Of a stretch of 64,000 nt of DNA, positions 62,729 through 64,000 are shown piece after piece. The position numbers and the translations under genes are program-made. Location of the stretch: NCBI RefSeq assembly GCF_009914755.1, contig NC_060927.1; one strand, given 5' to 3'. Each line of letters starts with the position of its first letter. Within the stretch, counting starts at the first letter, position 1. The DNA is from the human T2T-CHM13v2.0 reference genome, Homo sapiens. Below the pieces are notes generated by a model. It saw nothing but the letters and a program-made list of their open reading frames with translations. It ran no database searches and was not told the origin of the DNA.

Positions 62729-64000
62729 AAGAAATGTTTTTTTAATTTGTCTTTTTGTGATAGTAACCATGGATATTTTTAAGTATCTGGCATTTCTAAG
62801 GCCTCCAATTGGCTGCTTCCACACATTTTGCATTCTTTATTCATCACAATTACTCTGAAAGGTCCCTGTTACAATCTGTGCCTGATCAGAGAGAAGAGAG
62901 GGGCCTGTGGAGGTTGAGTGCCAGCCCAAGGTCATGGCTGGAAGTGGCTGAGCTGGGACTGCACTGGGACTGTCTGATCCCAGATCTGGTCTCGTTCCTG
63001 CCCTGCATCAGAACCCATGGAGCTCCTGCGAAGTCTGCTTAGTGCTTCTGGGCACATCAGGAACTGGATCGTGTGCCTGCCCTCAAGGCACTGCTGCATC
63101 TCCATGAGGGGGCCCGTCTTTCTCAGCAGGGGACACTGCAGGCCCAGCCAGGCGTGGACACTAGGCATGCCCTCTCTGCAGGTAAGCAGGGTTTGGGGAA
63201 GGCTCAGAAGCTCGAGGAGCCATGCCCTCTACTGTGACCGTCAGCAGCAGAAGCTGTCATCCCCCAACTCTGAACACTGCTGTTCCAGCCTCCCCCATCA
63301 CTCCCTGTCTCCCACCCCCAGGACACAGCCCTGGTCTGGGCTCGAGGTTCTCTGCAGGCAGGAGGTAGATGAGGCCCACATTTGCTGCTGCAAGCCTCCC
63401 CCTGCAGGCTCCTTCTCTGCTAGCTGGATGGGCTACTGTTGCCTTTTCACAGCTGACAACTCCAGATGGACTTGATACACACACTTCTCCACGTCAGAGT
63501 GAGAGGTCACAAACGGGGTGTGTGTGGAAGGGAATCCCTGACCAGCCGGTGGCTGCAGGAAGCCTCCCAGGGTAGCCAAGAAAGTATGCAGTTGACCTGC
63601 AAGTGCAATCAGAAGATGAGTGTTCCAAGCAAAGGGCTCAGCGTGTGCAGAGGCACAGACCAGATGCCCCTGGAGCAGCAGGACCAGCCCTGCAAGGTTG
63701 GATTGTGGTGGCGGTGTGAGTGCTAAGCAGTCATGCAGTTCATGAGCTCAGCAGTGGCAGCTGTGAGGGGAGCCTGTCCACTTCCATAGGCTCAACCAGC
63801 AAGGACACAGCGAGCCCACATGATTCAGTCTGTTACACAGATGGCAAAGGCAAGATCAGCCTGGTGTTAGCCCCTGCAACCCCCTGGTCCTCCAGCACGA
63901 CACTGGGCCAGATGACACAGTGGTGGGTCCTTAACTACAGGCAAGCAGTCCTGTTGTTCGCTGCTGCATCTGGAGGAGGAGGACCAAGAAGGACCCTGGC

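Overview
Human (primate) genomic DNA. The window opens in the last intron and final exon of PLXNA1 (Plexin A1): 31 C-terminal codons, then a ~3.4 kb 3'UTR ending at tandem poly(A) signals near 3,530-3,555. The remaining ~60 kb is intergenic and repeat-rich: three independent solo LTR12 (HERV9) LTRs, an AluYa5, older Alus, L1M/L2/MIR fragments, MaLR/ERVL LTRs, hAT/Tigger DNA transposons, a 63-bp VNTR and simple repeats. The main hidden signal is a ~3.3 kb fossil Ty3/Gypsy-type pol gene on the minus strand (~16.7-20.0 kb). Its RT, RNase H, integrase zinc finger and integrase core motifs can be read in the correct order across many frameshifts, and it lies between two convergent LTR12 promoters. 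Other notable items are a 175-bp LTR-less HERV-H RNase H fragment flanked by a 7-bp duplication, a ~200-bp G-run expansion inside one LTR12, an Ig-switch-like GAGCT/GGGCT array, homeodomain and AP-1 motif clusters, and Pumilio/CPE motifs in the PLXNA1 3'UTR. All family assignments come from recalled consensus sequences, not database searches. Most ORFs in the supplied track are not genes.
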